Part shown: in pieces, positions 18,558-28,124 of the stretch | Numbering within the stretch: position 1 is the stretch's first letter | Layout of the letters: the number at the start of each line of letters is the position of its first letter | DNA from: Nanobdellota archaeon | GTDB lineage: Archaea > Nanobdellota > Nanobdellia > Pacearchaeales > GW2011-AR1 | Reading direction: 5' to 3' | Assembly: GCA_038046005.1 (NCBI GenBank) | Contig: JBBSXB010000003.1 | Coordinates: 1 to 64,000, forward strand | DNA length: 64,000 nt | Program-made: the position numbers and the translations under genes | The notes under the pieces: model-generated | The model's database searches: none | What the model saw: the letters and a program-made list of their open reading frames with translations, nothing else | What the model was told of the DNA's origin: nothing

Positions 18558-18848
18558 ATGAAAATAATAACCAAATATTATGATAAGGGTGGAAAACTAA
18601 AAATATTAAAAAATATTGGAAGCAATAATGTTAACTCTACTATAAGATTTAAGATTTTAAAAAATAAAAGAGAGTTTCCATGTTGTGATTTTCAGGGAAA
18701 ATGCACAAATAAAGCATGTGCAGAGGTTTATCCCAGTCTTATGAAAAACAGTAATAAAGGTTGGAGTTATCTTTGTAAGAAACATTATTACCAAGAACAA
18801 AAAAGATTGAAATGGAAACTCCCTTCATGTTTAAATGTTGAGTGGTGA
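18558..18848 (+). CDS. Small Cys-rich hypothetical protein
   Basis: CCD...C...AC.EVY...WSYLCKKH, possibly Zn-binding. Confidence 0.55.
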   Translation: MKIITKYYDKGGKLKILKNIGSNNVNSTIRFKILKNKREFPCCDFQGKCTNKACAEVYPSLMKNSNKGWSYLCKKHYYQEQKRLKWKLPSCLNVEW

Positions 18849-18928
18849 TTGAAATTGGCCATAGAAAAAATATCTATAAATGAGTTTGAAACTATAGCAT
18901 CTAATCTCCACTAATTATTTATATTCGG

Positions 18929-19552
18929 ATGTCTTCTTTTTACATGGAAAAAACTGAGCTTTTGGCTTCCTTGAAGAAACAAGGTTTTTCTGAGAAAATA
19001 ATAAATGCTTTTGCTGCAGTTGATAGAAAGAACTTTATTCCTCCTCTGATTAAATTCTTGGCTTATGATGACAACGCTTTGCCTATTGGCCACGGCCAGA
19101 CAATTTCACAGCCGCATACAATTGCAGTGATGCTGGATTTGTTGCATCTAAAAAAAGACCAAAAAGTTTTGGAAGTTGGATGCGGAAGCGGTTATGTTCT
19201 GGCTTTAATGTCTGAAATAGTTAGCGAGAACGGAAAAGTCTATGGTTTGGAGATAATACGGGATTTGGTAGAGCGGTCAAAAAAACCTTTGTATAAATAT
19301 CAGAATGTTCAGGCTCTTTACGGAGATGGCCGATTTGGCATGCACGAAAAAGCCCCATTTGACAGGATTTTGATAAGCGCGGCTCTCACCACTATTCCGG
19401 AATATTTGGTGAACCAGCTCAATAATGATGGAATCATTGTTGCTCCTATTGGTAATGAGAGCATGCAGTCTTTAGTTGCCTACAAAAAATCAGAAGATGG
19501 TTTATCCATCATAGAACAAGTTCCGGGCTTTGCCTTTGTGCATTTTGTTTAA
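18929..19552 (+). CDS. pcm: Protein-L-isoaspartate O-methyltransferase
   Basis: LPIGHGQTISQP, VLEVGCGSGY, APFDRIL, QL...G..V.PIG, FV. Confidence 0.95.
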   Translation: MSSFYMEKTELLASLKKQGFSEKIINAFAAVDRKNFIPPLIKFLAYDDNALPIGHGQTISQPHTIAVMLDLLHLKKDQKVLEVGCGSGYVLALMSEIVSENGKVYGLEIIRDLVERSKKPLYKYQNVQALYGDGRFGMHEKAPFDRILISAALTTIPEYLVNQLNNDGIIVAPIGNESMQSLVAYKKSEDGLSIIEQVPGFAFVHFV

Positions 19553-19571
19553 CAGAGCTCTCGCACGTTAT

Positions 19572-19621
19572 AAAAAATAAAGAATAAAAAGTAAAATAAA
19601 AAAAGAAAATTAAAAATAAAA
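19572..19621 (-). terminator. Oligo-T archaeal terminator of the surface-protein gene
   Basis: Long multi-T tract on the minus strand directly after the stop at 19626. Confidence 0.6.
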
Positions 19622-19625
19622 GACT

Positions 19626-20885
19626 TTAGTAATAACTTTCTCCGAATTCTCCAGATTTTTCAGGCTTCTTTCCAATTAATACAATCAAAACAATTAACAA
19701 TACGATAAAGATTATCGCAAGGACAACTGTTAAGATAACAATTGGGCTAGTTTTTGTTGCTGATTCTGTTGCTGTTTTTCCAGATGTGTTTCCGCTGAAC
19801 TCTATTGAGTTTAGGGTTTCACCTTTCAAGCTGAATACATTAACTTTGAAGTTGTATTCTCCTTGTGTATTTGGATCGACAGTAACGGTTTTACTTCCGC
19901 CAGCAGGCACGAAAACGATTGTATCGCTTAGTGTAGCCGGTGATTCTGCAACAAGTCTGTAACCAATAACGCTGTCAGTTGGGTTTACAAGCCAGATGCT
20001 GTTTCCAGATTTGAAAACAGTGCTGTCAAAATCGTTTTGGACAACAACTTCAACATTTTGTGTTGATGTAGTGTCTCCGTTTTGGACAGTTATTTCTAGG
20101 TTGTACTTACCAGCTTGAACGTCGTATGGTAATGCTAGGTTCAATGTACCGCTTACGCTTTCAACGCCGTCTTTAACACACTTTCTGTGAAGTGTATCAT
20201 ATCCATATGGAAGATCAGCTGCGTCACCCTCAAGTTGACCATAATCAGCATTGTCATTGCAAGTTATTGCAACAAGATCTCCAAAGTAGCTGCTCTTTTG
20301 AAGTCCGAGAGTAGCTATTTTAGCTGTTACGTAAAGGTCGTTTAAGTCATTGTAACCAATGTTTTTCAAAACAATTTGAACTGGGAATGTTTTTCCAGCT
20401 TGTAATGTTTGATCAACACTTACAGACTTTATAGCAACATCGTATGTAGCTCTTTGGATTCTAAGTGGTATTACGATTTCGTCATTTGCATACTTATCGC
20501 CTTCAATCTTTATCTTAAGACTGAATTCGTTACTTAGATCATCCTTAAGCTCGTTAGGGACAGTTATTGTCAATGTCTTTTTGTAGCTCTTATTCTGTTC
20601 AACATTGAAAAGAGTTGAGTCTACATTAGCATTGGCACCATGTCCTCTGATTTCAGCGTTTATCATGACATTTCTGTCATATTGAAGGGCAGTAAACCAC
20701 ACGTCAACTTGAACACTGTCACCAGCTTGGACACTTAAAGAATCGCTTGATGCAGTACCGTAAACAGTAGTTCCATCAACATCAACTCTTACACTGTTAG
20801 CTAAGTCACTAGCGCCTACGCTAGAAACTACAACCAATATTGCCACAACCGCTAGGAAAGAAACCAAATATTTTTTGGCTTCCAT
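19626..20885 (-). CDS. S-layer-like surface protein (Ig/CARDB-like repeats, C-terminal TM)
   Basis: Signal peptide, beta-rich domains (LKNIGYNDL, AGKYNLEITV), TM plus KKPEK..EFGESYY tail. Confidence 0.7.
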   Translation of the reverse strand: MEAKKYLVSFLAVVAILVVVSSVGASDLANSVRVDVDGTTVYGTASSDSLSVQAGDSVQVDVWFTALQYDRNVMINAEIRGHGANANVDSTLFNVEQNKSYKKTLTITVPNELKDDLSNEFSLKIKIEGDKYANDEIVIPLRIQRATYDVAIKSVSVDQTLQAGKTFPVQIVLKNIGYNDLNDLYVTAKIATLGLQKSSYFGDLVAITCNDNADYGQLEGDAADLPYGYDTLHRKCVKDGVESVSGTLNLALPYDVQAGKYNLEITVQNGDTTSTQNVEVVVQNDFDSTVFKSGNSIWLVNPTDSVIGYRLVAESPATLSDTIVFVPAGGSKTVTVDPNTQGEYNFKVNVFSLKGETLNSIEFSGNTSGKTATESATKTSPIVILTVVLAIIFIVLLIVLIVLIGKKPEKSGEFGESYY

Positions 20886-21059
20886 TTTTTGTTTCATTAG
20901 ATTTAATTGCACAAAGAATCTTTATTCTTTGTTAAAAATATGACCTAAAAATCATTTATAAACTTTATGGTGACAACACAACATACTGATTATATGGTAT
21001 TAATTTATTCACTGGAAGTACTGACATTTAGTGGTCGAAAATCCGGTTTTCACTGCGTG

Positions 21060-21839
21060 TCATAATTTGTTATAAATTTTCAGACTTTTGACAGCATCAC
21101 CGACGGTGTCTGGAGCCTCGTTTATTATGAAATAGCTGTTGCTTTTCGGCAGATTGTTCAACAGCTTTTTTATCTCTGATTCAGAAGTTTCTTTGTGTTT
21201 TTTCTCTCCTTTTTCTCCATATTCAATTCCCGAAAAATGAATATGCCACTCTTTTTCTTTGTTGAATAATTTTGCAGCTTTTTCAAAATTGTAATCTTTT
21301 TCTCTGGCTAAAATATGTGCAAAATCAATGCAAAAACTACACCCAGTTTCATCAACAAGTTTCTGTATTTCTTCAAGACTCCCAAAAACATTTATTTTTC
21401 CGGTTGTTTCTGGAGCAAGTTCAGGAGTGTATTTTTTCTCTTTCCTTATTTTTTGCAATTCAATGATTTCATTCTTTATTTTTTCATATGTTTCATTTTT
21501 TTCAGATTTCCCATAATAACCTGGATGAAATATGACTCTCTTAGCCTTTAGCCATGTGCCAACTTTCAAGCATTCCAGTATTCTTTCTTTGCTTTTCTCT
21601 ATTTTATCTTTTTCAGCAGAATTCAGATTAATCCAGTATTGTGCATGAATGCTCAAATAAATTCCAAGCCTTTCTGCAGCTCTCCCAATTTCTTCAGCAT
21701 CTTTTTGTTCCTTAATGTATGCACCATAAGTGAATGCAATTTCACAAGCTCTTAATCCTAATTTATGATACTCTTCCAGATTTGAAATTGCTTCATTAAC
21801 TCCCCCTAATCCAGATGGTCCGAATTTTATATTGAACAT
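21060..21839 (-). CDS. nfo: Endonuclease IV / AP endonuclease family 2
   Basis: SIHA.YWINL, FHPG, PETTGK...FG, CIDFAH, HIHFSG..Y...GE.KH. Confidence 0.9.
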   Translation of the reverse strand: MFNIKFGPSGLGGVNEAISNLEEYHKLGLRACEIAFTYGAYIKEQKDAEEIGRAAERLGIYLSIHAQYWINLNSAEKDKIEKSKERILECLKVGTWLKAKRVIFHPGYYGKSEKNETYEKIKNEIIELQKIRKEKKYTPELAPETTGKINVFGSLEEIQKLVDETGCSFCIDFAHILAREKDYNFEKAAKLFNKEKEWHIHFSGIEYGEKGEKKHKETSESEIKKLLNNLPKSNSYFIINEAPDTVGDAVKSLKIYNKL

Positions 21840-21889
21840 TTTTTAGAAAGATGAAAATAGTTTAAAGAGGTTTTGATTTGAAAATCAAA

Positions 21890-22396
21890 CTATTTTGTAT
21901 GCAATCTTTTCCATACTTCAAGTTCTTGAAATGGAATTACACAATACTCTTTATCTGGGTCTAAAATTCCATCACAAACAACTCTTAATTCTAGCCAACC
22001 ATTTTTAGATGGACTGAAAGCATGTTTTCTTTTTACAGGGATTTCAATTCCTGAGTGGTCTGTGTGAATAAAATAACCTTGGCTTTCTCCATCTTCAAGT
22101 ATACTAAAGTAACAGCCTCCTCCCCAAATTATTTTAACAAATTCTGTTACATCGTCATGAAAGTGTAAATCAGATGGTCTCAGAAATCCAACATCTATTA
22201 TTGTTCTGCCTATTTTTTGTATATTTTCATCACTAAATTGCTTTCTAAGAAACAATCCCGATTTTGAGTCAGCAACATATCCTTTAGACTCAAGCTCAGT
22301 AGCCATTTTGTTTATTTTACGAATAGAAGCATGTTCGTCATACCATCTTGCGAGATGTTTGTTTCCCCTAATTTTATCAAAATAGTCCACCATCAT
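21890..22396 (-). CDS. Cupin-like protein
   Basis: LHFH...TE followed by IP...KHAF metal-ligand pattern. Confidence 0.5.
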   Translation of the reverse strand: MMVDYFDKIRGNKHLARWYDEHASIRKINKMATELESKGYVADSKSGLFLRKQFSDENIQKIGRTIIDVGFLRPSDLHFHDDVTEFVKIIWGGGCYFSILEDGESQGYFIHTDHSGIEIPVKRKHAFSPSKNGWLELRVVCDGILDPDKEYCVIPFQELEVWKRLHTK

Positions 22397-22437
22397 TTCT
22401 TCAATTTCTCTCTCTTTTTAAGAATTATTGTAGTTAA

Positions 22438-23625
22438 CTACAAACTGAACAATTGTATATTCGTGTCAGCCGTTGAGAAATTGTTTGCTACTATGACTTT
22501 TACTCTGGCGTTTTCCGCAGCCCTTATTATCGGTGTTGTGGCTGCTCCGTCAATTATGATTACTGCCGGTTCAATCCTGTTCTTGTTTATGTATAAGGTT
22601 AATGTTTTTAATGATATTCTTTTGATTTCCTTGAAATTTTCATCAAGCAATATTGCCTGTTTTGAGCCTTGATTTTCTTCTGAAAGTTTTTTTAATTTTT
22701 CAAGATTTTCCTCGCTAAGGATTTCTTTTTTTTGTTCAGGTTTATGTTCTCTTCTTTCTTCTCTATGATTATTATCTCTGGAAAAGCCAGAGAAGCTTCC
22801 ATTCCTTTTTTCCCTTGAAAAATATTCTTCCGGTGTCAGTCTTTTTCTAAGGCTCATAAGGATTTCTTTTCCGGCAAGCTCCTCTACTTCTTTTCCTTCA
22901 GGCGCAACACATATGTATTTGACTTTTGCGTTGTCAACAACATTCTGTGCAATGAGTTTTCCGCCTCTATCGCCATCTATAAATAAAATAATATCTTTTT
23001 CATTGCTCAGTCCTTTTATTTCTTCAGGAAGCTTTGTTCCATTCATTCCAATGACATTTTTTACGCCATTTTTCAGCAAGTTCAAAACATCTGCTCTTCC
23101 TTCAACAACGATAACTTCTGGATCAGATAAATCTCCGCATGGAAGTTTTCCCTCTCCATACTCTCTGAGTTCAGCCATTTTGGTTGACTCTTTTATCTGG
23201 GTTGTTATGTCTCTGCTGTTTGTACCTTCTTGAAGTCCCTGCATGAGTTTTTTCGCCCTGTCAATTATGTATTCTCTCTTGCTGCCTCTTACGTCCTCAA
23301 TCTTTGTGACTTCGATTTGGGAATCGCAAGGCCCTATTCTTTCAATAGTCTCTACGGCAGCGGCTATCAATGTTGTTTCAGACTGGTCCAAAGCTGTCGG
23401 AATCAATATTTTTCCAGTAGTCTTCTTGTCGCTTCTTTCAAGCTCTACTTCAATCCTTCCGATTTTCCCTTCTTTTTGAAGCTCTCTCATTTCAAGATCT
23501 GAACCCAAAAGACCCTCTGTCTGTCCAAATATGGCTCCGATTATGTCTGGTTTTTCCAAAGCGCCCTCAGCAATAAAGGTTGCATGTATCATGTATTTTA
23601 TCGATACCGGGCTTATTTTTGCCAT
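22438..23625 (-). CDS. dnaG: Archaeal DnaG (TOPRIM, exosome-associated)
   Basis: KPDIIGAIFGQTEGLLG..L..RELQK.G.IGRIEV, VVEGRADV, DGDRGG. Confidence 0.95.
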   Translation of the reverse strand: MAKISPVSIKYMIHATFIAEGALEKPDIIGAIFGQTEGLLGSDLEMRELQKEGKIGRIEVELERSDKKTTGKILIPTALDQSETTLIAAAVETIERIGPCDSQIEVTKIEDVRGSKREYIIDRAKKLMQGLQEGTNSRDITTQIKESTKMAELREYGEGKLPCGDLSDPEVIVVEGRADVLNLLKNGVKNVIGMNGTKLPEEIKGLSNEKDIILFIDGDRGGKLIAQNVVDNAKVKYICVAPEGKEVEELAGKEILMSLRKRLTPEEYFSREKRNGSFSGFSRDNNHREERREHKPEQKKEILSEENLEKLKKLSEENQGSKQAILLDENFKEIKRISLKTLTLYINKNRIEPAVIIIDGAATTPIIRAAENARVKVIVANNFSTADTNIQLFSL

Positions 23626-23766
23626 GTTCTACTCCTATGTTTATTTAATTTGAAATCTATGATTTCACTAGAAAAATATCTTGTTTACTAACTAACTGAC
23701 TTAAACTTCTCACGAGAAATGAATGTGAGTGTGAAAGTGATTGTGATAATATGATGATATTTTCCT
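23626..23766 (-). promoter_or_regulatory. Structured 5' leader of dnaG (possible cis-regulatory RNA or sRNA)
   Basis: TATA at about 23785-23793; terminal stem AGGAAAATATC/GATATTTTTCT; periodic TCA array; hairpin TGAAATC/GATTTCA; AGGAG Shine-Dalgarno. Confidence 0.5.
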
Positions 23767-23803
23767 AAACTACAAGGCTTGGTGCTTTTTTAAGGGTTTC
23801 GGT

Positions 23804-24121
23804 TTAATATCTTTCTACATTAATAGGAATAAGACCACACAAATTGTCTTTATTATAAACAGAAATAACTGGTTTTCCTATAAGATACTCTGATCCTTTG
23901 ACCCCATACATTTTTAAGAATTTCTGGAAATCCTCAAACTCTAGATACATACTGTTGCGTAAGCCAAGATTTGCTACACCAATTTCTGTGACTCTTCCTT
24001 CTCCCACGAAAACTATTTTTTCGATAAATCCTGTTTTTCCTTCCAAATCCCATGGATGCTCAGGAAAAATTTCCGTATTGCTAATGTTTACTTCTATCTT
24101 TTTATTTTTCTCTCTTACCAT
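23804..24121 (-). CDS. Hypothetical protein
   Basis: 105 aa with AGGAG Shine-Dalgarno and its own promoter. Confidence 0.7.
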   Translation of the reverse strand: MVREKNKKIEVNISNTEIFPEHPWDLEGKTGFIEKIVFVGEGRVTEIGVANLGLRNSMYLEFEDFQKFLKMYGVKGSEYLIGKPVISVYNKDNLCGLIPINVERY

Positions 24122-24167
24122 AATCTCCTTAGAAAATCTCTGTTTATAAGAATTATTGTGGTGGATT

Positions 24168-24479
24168 TTATTTTGTCTCTTTATTTATCCATTTCTCGTA
24201 ATCTTCGTTAGCTTCAACGTCAAATTTCATTATACAAGGCGTTTCATAAGGATGGATCTGTTTAATTTCACTCTTTATTTCATTCCAGTTCTCTTTTTTT
24301 GACTTAACAATAGACACTACCTCATTAGCACTATCTATCTTTCCCTTCCACCAATATGCACTCTGAATTGGAAAATAGTTGACGCAGGCAATAAGCTTTC
24401 TTTTGAGTAAATGTTCACACACTTTTTTAGCTTCACTTAAACTTTTATGTGTTATATAAACAATGATAAAGCCCATCAC
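24168..24479 (-). CDS. cutA: Divalent-cation tolerance protein CutA
   Basis: LIACVN...S.YWW.GKI...E...K...HPYETPCI. Confidence 0.93.
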   Translation of the reverse strand: MMGFIIVYITHKSLSEAKKVCEHLLKRKLIACVNYFPIQSAYWWKGKIDSANEVVSIVKSKKENWNEIKSEIKQIHPYETPCIMKFDVEANEDYEKWINKETK

Positions 24480-24512
24480 TTTCAGAAATAATCATTCTAT
24501 AAAAATCTATCT

Positions 24513-25181
24513 TCACAAACCCAGTTCTTTGTTCAAATCAAAACTATCTGTATATTCTGGTTTAACGGACCTTTCAGTCCTTTTTTGTTCTGTTCTTGCT
24601 CTTGATTCAGTTTTGTTCTCTTTTAGTGTGAAATATTCTTTTATCTTCCCAGTCTGCTCGTAAAGGCTCATCAATTTGCTTTTTATGTCCTGTCTTTCAG
24701 CTTCGGAAAGTCTCATCTGCAAAAGCTTTTCATAAAGTTTTATTGCGTTAGCTCTTCTTCTTTCTTTAACATAAACTTCTGCCTGCCTTTTGCAAAAATC
24801 TTTCACTGCAGAAAAAATTCCCTCTCTTTCCTTAAGTTGCGCCTCTCCAAGAGCTTTTTTTAAAGCCTCATCAAGCATCATCAAATCTCCACCCTTCACA
24901 TAAAATTCAACTTCTTTCATGTGCGCATTTATTTTTTCCTTAAAAGTTGTTGAAAGAATAGAAATATTGTTGTACATTTTAGCAGCCTCGACAAACATGC
25001 CTTTTTTGTCATAAAGCTCAGCAAGTTTCTGATACAAAAACTTTTTTTTGTCAGTCGCCAAATCTCTTTCTTTAACCATTCTCGACAAATGATCAATTTG
25101 AACAAAATCTCCTTTACCTTTCAAGAAAGCTTCAACCTCGGTTTTAGACATGTCCCCCTTTAATATCTCTCTTTTTAACAT
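24513..25181 (-). CDS. Alpha-helical TPR-like protein
   Basis: KLAELY.K.GM..EAA.MY repeats. Confidence 0.7.
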   Translation of the reverse strand: MLKREILKGDMSKTEVEAFLKGKGDFVQIDHLSRMVKERDLATDKKKFLYQKLAELYDKKGMFVEAAKMYNNISILSTTFKEKINAHMKEVEFYVKGGDLMMLDEALKKALGEAQLKEREGIFSAVKDFCKRQAEVYVKERRRANAIKLYEKLLQMRLSEAERQDIKSKLMSLYEQTGKIKEYFTLKENKTESRARTEQKRTERSVKPEYTDSFDLNKELGL

Positions 25182-25234
25182 AACTAGATTAATTGTGCCG
25201 GCTTTTTAAGCATTACTGATATTGAGAATATGAA

Positions 25235-25621
25235 TTAATTTTTTTGAGCGTATTTTCTATTTATGAAATTTTCTATACTTGAACTAAATTCAGGAATAAT
25301 TTCTTTCCATTTATCTGCTCCAATTGGTACAGTGATTACTTTTGCACCAAGTTCCATTGCTTCCTTTTTGAAGGCTTCAGACAAACCTTCACCAACAAGG
25401 ACAATAGACCCAATACCTTTTTCATTAGCTTTTCTTAAAATCTCAACCTTTCTTTCGCTTAAGTCCTCCATAACAAGTACGTCATAATCTAACCTTCTTA
25501 ATCTGCCATTTACTTTATTTTGTTTAGACACAACATCATATTTAAAATCTCCAACTTCTCTTCTTAACATTACTCCTAAAACAGAATTGTAAACGCCAAA
25601 ATAAAGTACATTTTCATCCAT
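25235..25621 (-). CDS. Hypothetical protein, possibly a degenerate receiver (CheY-like) fold
   Basis: YDVLVMED...IVL.G...KEAMELGA..I..P pattern. Confidence 0.55.
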   Translation of the reverse strand: MDENVLYFGVYNSVLGVMLRREVGDFKYDVVSKQNKVNGRLRRLDYDVLVMEDLSERKVEILRKANEKGIGSIVLVGEGLSEAFKKEAMELGAKVITVPIGADKWKEIIPEFSSSIENFINRKYAQKN

Positions 25622-25631
25622 TTTTCAAGAA

Positions 25632-26909
25632 TTATTTGTGTTTGACAATCTCAATGCAAACACCTGCAGCAACAGTTGCTCCAGCATCTCTTACAGCGAA
25701 CCTGCTCATGTATGGATTGTTCTTTTGTGTTTCCAAAGCAAGGTTTCCTTGTGGCTTTATTCTTACCTTAGCAACATCTCCATTTTTCAAGAAGTCAGGA
25801 TTTTCCTTTATGACCTGTCCTGTTTTTGGATCAATCTGTGCTATAAGCTCAGTGAACTGGCATGGCACTTGTGCTGTGTGAACGTGAAATACTGGTGTGT
25901 AACCTTTAGCCAAAACAGTTGGGTGGTTTATTACTGCAATCTGTGCAATGAATTCCTCAACAATTGGAACCGGGTGGTCAGCTGCGCATATAACATCTCC
26001 TCTTGCAATATCTTTCTTTCCAACGCCCCTTATGTTTATTCCAACATTGTCTCCTGCAACTGCTTCAGGAAGTGTTTCATGGTGAGCTTCTATTGTTTTT
26101 ATCTCGCCGTCAATTCCTTTTCCTGTTCTTCCAGGCAAGACTTTGATTTTCATTCCAACTTTCATTTTTCCAGTTTCAATTTTTCCTACAGGCACTGTTC
26201 CAATTCCTGTGATTTCATAAACATCTTGGACAGGCATTCTCATTGGAAGGTCTGTTGGAGGTTCTGGTTGTGGGAACAAGTCCATTTGCTCTAGGATTGT
26301 TGGCCCAGTGTACCAAGGCATGTTTGCAGATTTATTCTTAACATTATCTCCTTTAAGTCCAGCGCACGCAATGTAAGCAGCAGCAGTAATCCCAACCTGG
26401 CTTAAAAGTTTTGTAACATCTTCCTTGACTTTGTTGAATCTAGCTTGATCATAACTCACAGCATCCATTTTGTTGACTGCTATGGCTACATTCTTAACTC
26501 CCATTGTTCTTAAAAGCCACAAGTGTTCAGTTGTTTGAGGTTCGACTCCTGAAGGTGCAGAAACAACAAGGAATGCGCAGTCAGCCTGCGAGGCTCCAGT
26601 TATCATGTTCTTGACGAAGTCTCTGTGTCCTGGTGCATCAATGATTGTGATTTGGAATTTCTGAGTCATAATCTTTCTATAAGCCAAGTCAATTGTAACT
26701 CCTCTTTCTCTTTCTTCTTTAATCTTGTCCATAACATAAGCGAATTCAAAACCAACTTTGCCATGCTTTTCAGCTTCAGCTCGTAACTTTGTCATTTCTT
26801 GTTCAGTAACAGCTCCAGTGTCGAAAAGCAATCTTCCGACTACGGTTGACTTTCCAGCGTCAACGTGACCGACGAACACAACGTTCATATTTGGTTTTTC
26901 TCTTGCCAT
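25632..26909 (-). CDS. tuf: Elongation factor EF-1alpha
   Basis: GHVDAGKST, ERERGVTID, DAPGHRDFVKNMITGASQAD, NKMD. Confidence 0.98.
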   Translation of the reverse strand: MAREKPNMNVVFVGHVDAGKSTVVGRLLFDTGAVTEQEMTKLRAEAEKHGKVGFEFAYVMDKIKEERERGVTIDLAYRKIMTQKFQITIIDAPGHRDFVKNMITGASQADCAFLVVSAPSGVEPQTTEHLWLLRTMGVKNVAIAVNKMDAVSYDQARFNKVKEDVTKLLSQVGITAAAYIACAGLKGDNVKNKSANMPWYTGPTILEQMDLFPQPEPPTDLPMRMPVQDVYEITGIGTVPVGKIETGKMKVGMKIKVLPGRTGKGIDGEIKTIEAHHETLPEAVAGDNVGINIRGVGKKDIARGDVICAADHPVPIVEEFIAQIAVINHPTVLAKGYTPVFHVHTAQVPCQFTELIAQIDPKTGQVIKENPDFLKNGDVAKVRIKPQGNLALETQKNNPYMSRFAVRDAGATVAAGVCIEIVKHK

Positions 26910-26990
26910 TTGTTATAACAATTTTCCGTAGAAAATTTGATATTTATGTAAAAAAAATTAGGTTTATAAAGTTTTTGGTAACAATGAATT

Positions 26991-27230
26991 TTAACCTCTT
27001 GTTTGTTCAGGCGCTATCGTCAAATCTTTTGCGTTGTACCACAACCAATAAGGCTCTTCTTTATAATAAAAATGAGCTCTGACTCTTTTTTTACTTTCAT
27101 CAATATTTGTTACAAGACCTATCATTCTATTTGGAAAAGTTTTTCCATCCTCTTCTCTATCTGGCAAAGATTTAACTCCTCTTTTTATTACGACTTTTTC
27201 CTCCAAGACCAAATCATTTATTTTTAACAT
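26991..27230 (-). CDS. Small hypothetical protein (SH3-like beta pattern)
   Basis: Start placed at MLKIND, downstream of a BRE/TATA. Confidence 0.6.
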   Translation of the reverse strand: MLKINDLVLEEKVVIKRGVKSLPDREEDGKTFPNRMIGLVTNIDESKKRVRAHFYYKEEPYWLWYNAKDLTIAPEQTRG

Positions 27231-27331
27231 GCAAATACTTAGAAAAATCTCTTTAAAAATTTTTGTGATTACTGATTTTGAATAACCCTTAATATACATA
27301 TAATTTTTAAATTCTATTCCCATCTTGTATT

Positions 27332-28090
27332 ATGGTCAATATCATTTATTCTGACAAGTTTACAGATGAAGAAGTAAATTTATTAAATAAAAAATTTAAA
27401 ATAATTTTTACCAAATTCAAAGAATTTGATTCTTTAAGCATGGAAATTGGTTATAAAGAAAAAAGAAAATATACGATTGGTAAACCTATTGGGACTTTGT
27501 TTATTGAAAGAATTTCTAAAAAAACTCCAAATTTTGCGCAAGCAAGCGCTAATATTCACAGATTAATTTTGTCTGTTAAACCTTATGAAGAAATTAGTTT
27601 TTATAACCTCGGCCATGAATTATCTCATTTTTTGCAGTATAATAATACAATTCCATTTGGTGAGCTAAACTCTGATATTTTTGTGTTATCAAAAGGAGAA
27701 CCTTTTTTGGATGATATTCCTGTTTACTTTTTCTATTCATTAATACTTCTTAACAATAAAATTAATGAGGAAAAAATTGATTCTACTCTAAAATTTGAAG
27801 AATTAATAGATTTTATAGAAAAATATTTTAAATCTAAGGATAAACACACTGATTTTAGATTACTAATCTCTGATGGATGCAAGAAATTATTACAATCAAA
27901 AAAATTTAACGATGACTTTATTTTTTTATTGGCTGAAACTTACGATTTGATTTTAAAATATTTAAAAAAATCAGCAACAACTTATAGGGAAATATCTAAA
28001 ATGGAAGTGCATAAAAGGGAAGAAATTTCACTAGATATAATTAACAAAGTTGAAAATTTACCCAATGATATTGTTAATGCTCTAAACTGA
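27332..28090 (+). CDS. Hypothetical HExxH protein (zincin-like)
   Basis: LGHELSH...E motif; very AT-rich; opposite strand to its flanking genes. Confidence 0.6.
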   Translation: MVNIIYSDKFTDEEVNLLNKKFKIIFTKFKEFDSLSMEIGYKEKRKYTIGKPIGTLFIERISKKTPNFAQASANIHRLILSVKPYEEISFYNLGHELSHFLQYNNTIPFGELNSDIFVLSKGEPFLDDIPVYFFYSLILLNNKINEEKIDSTLKFEELIDFIEKYFKSKDKHTDFRLLISDGCKKLLQSKKFNDDFIFLLAETYDLILKYLKKSATTYREISKMEVHKREEISLDIINKVENLPNDIVNALN

Positions 28091-28124
28091 TTTTAATAAT
28101 TTTGTTTGTAACACAAACACCTTT

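Larger units (their letters stand above)
17425..18897. mobile_element. Islet of about 1.45 kb (TA pair plus two hypotheticals) bounded by a 17-bp direct repeat
   Basis: TGAGTTTGAAACTATAG at 17425-17441 and 18881-18897; no recombinase gene. Confidence 0.7.

Noticed and set aside
20975-20992. NrdR-box-like ACACAACATACTGATT upstream of the surface-protein gene
   Set aside because: Single copy with a weak right half, no partner at about 32 bp, and an unrelated target gene.
23690-23760. Box C/D sRNA on the plus strand (CTGA and ATGATGA present)
   Set aside because: The boxes are in the wrong order (D before C), and the promoter points the other way.
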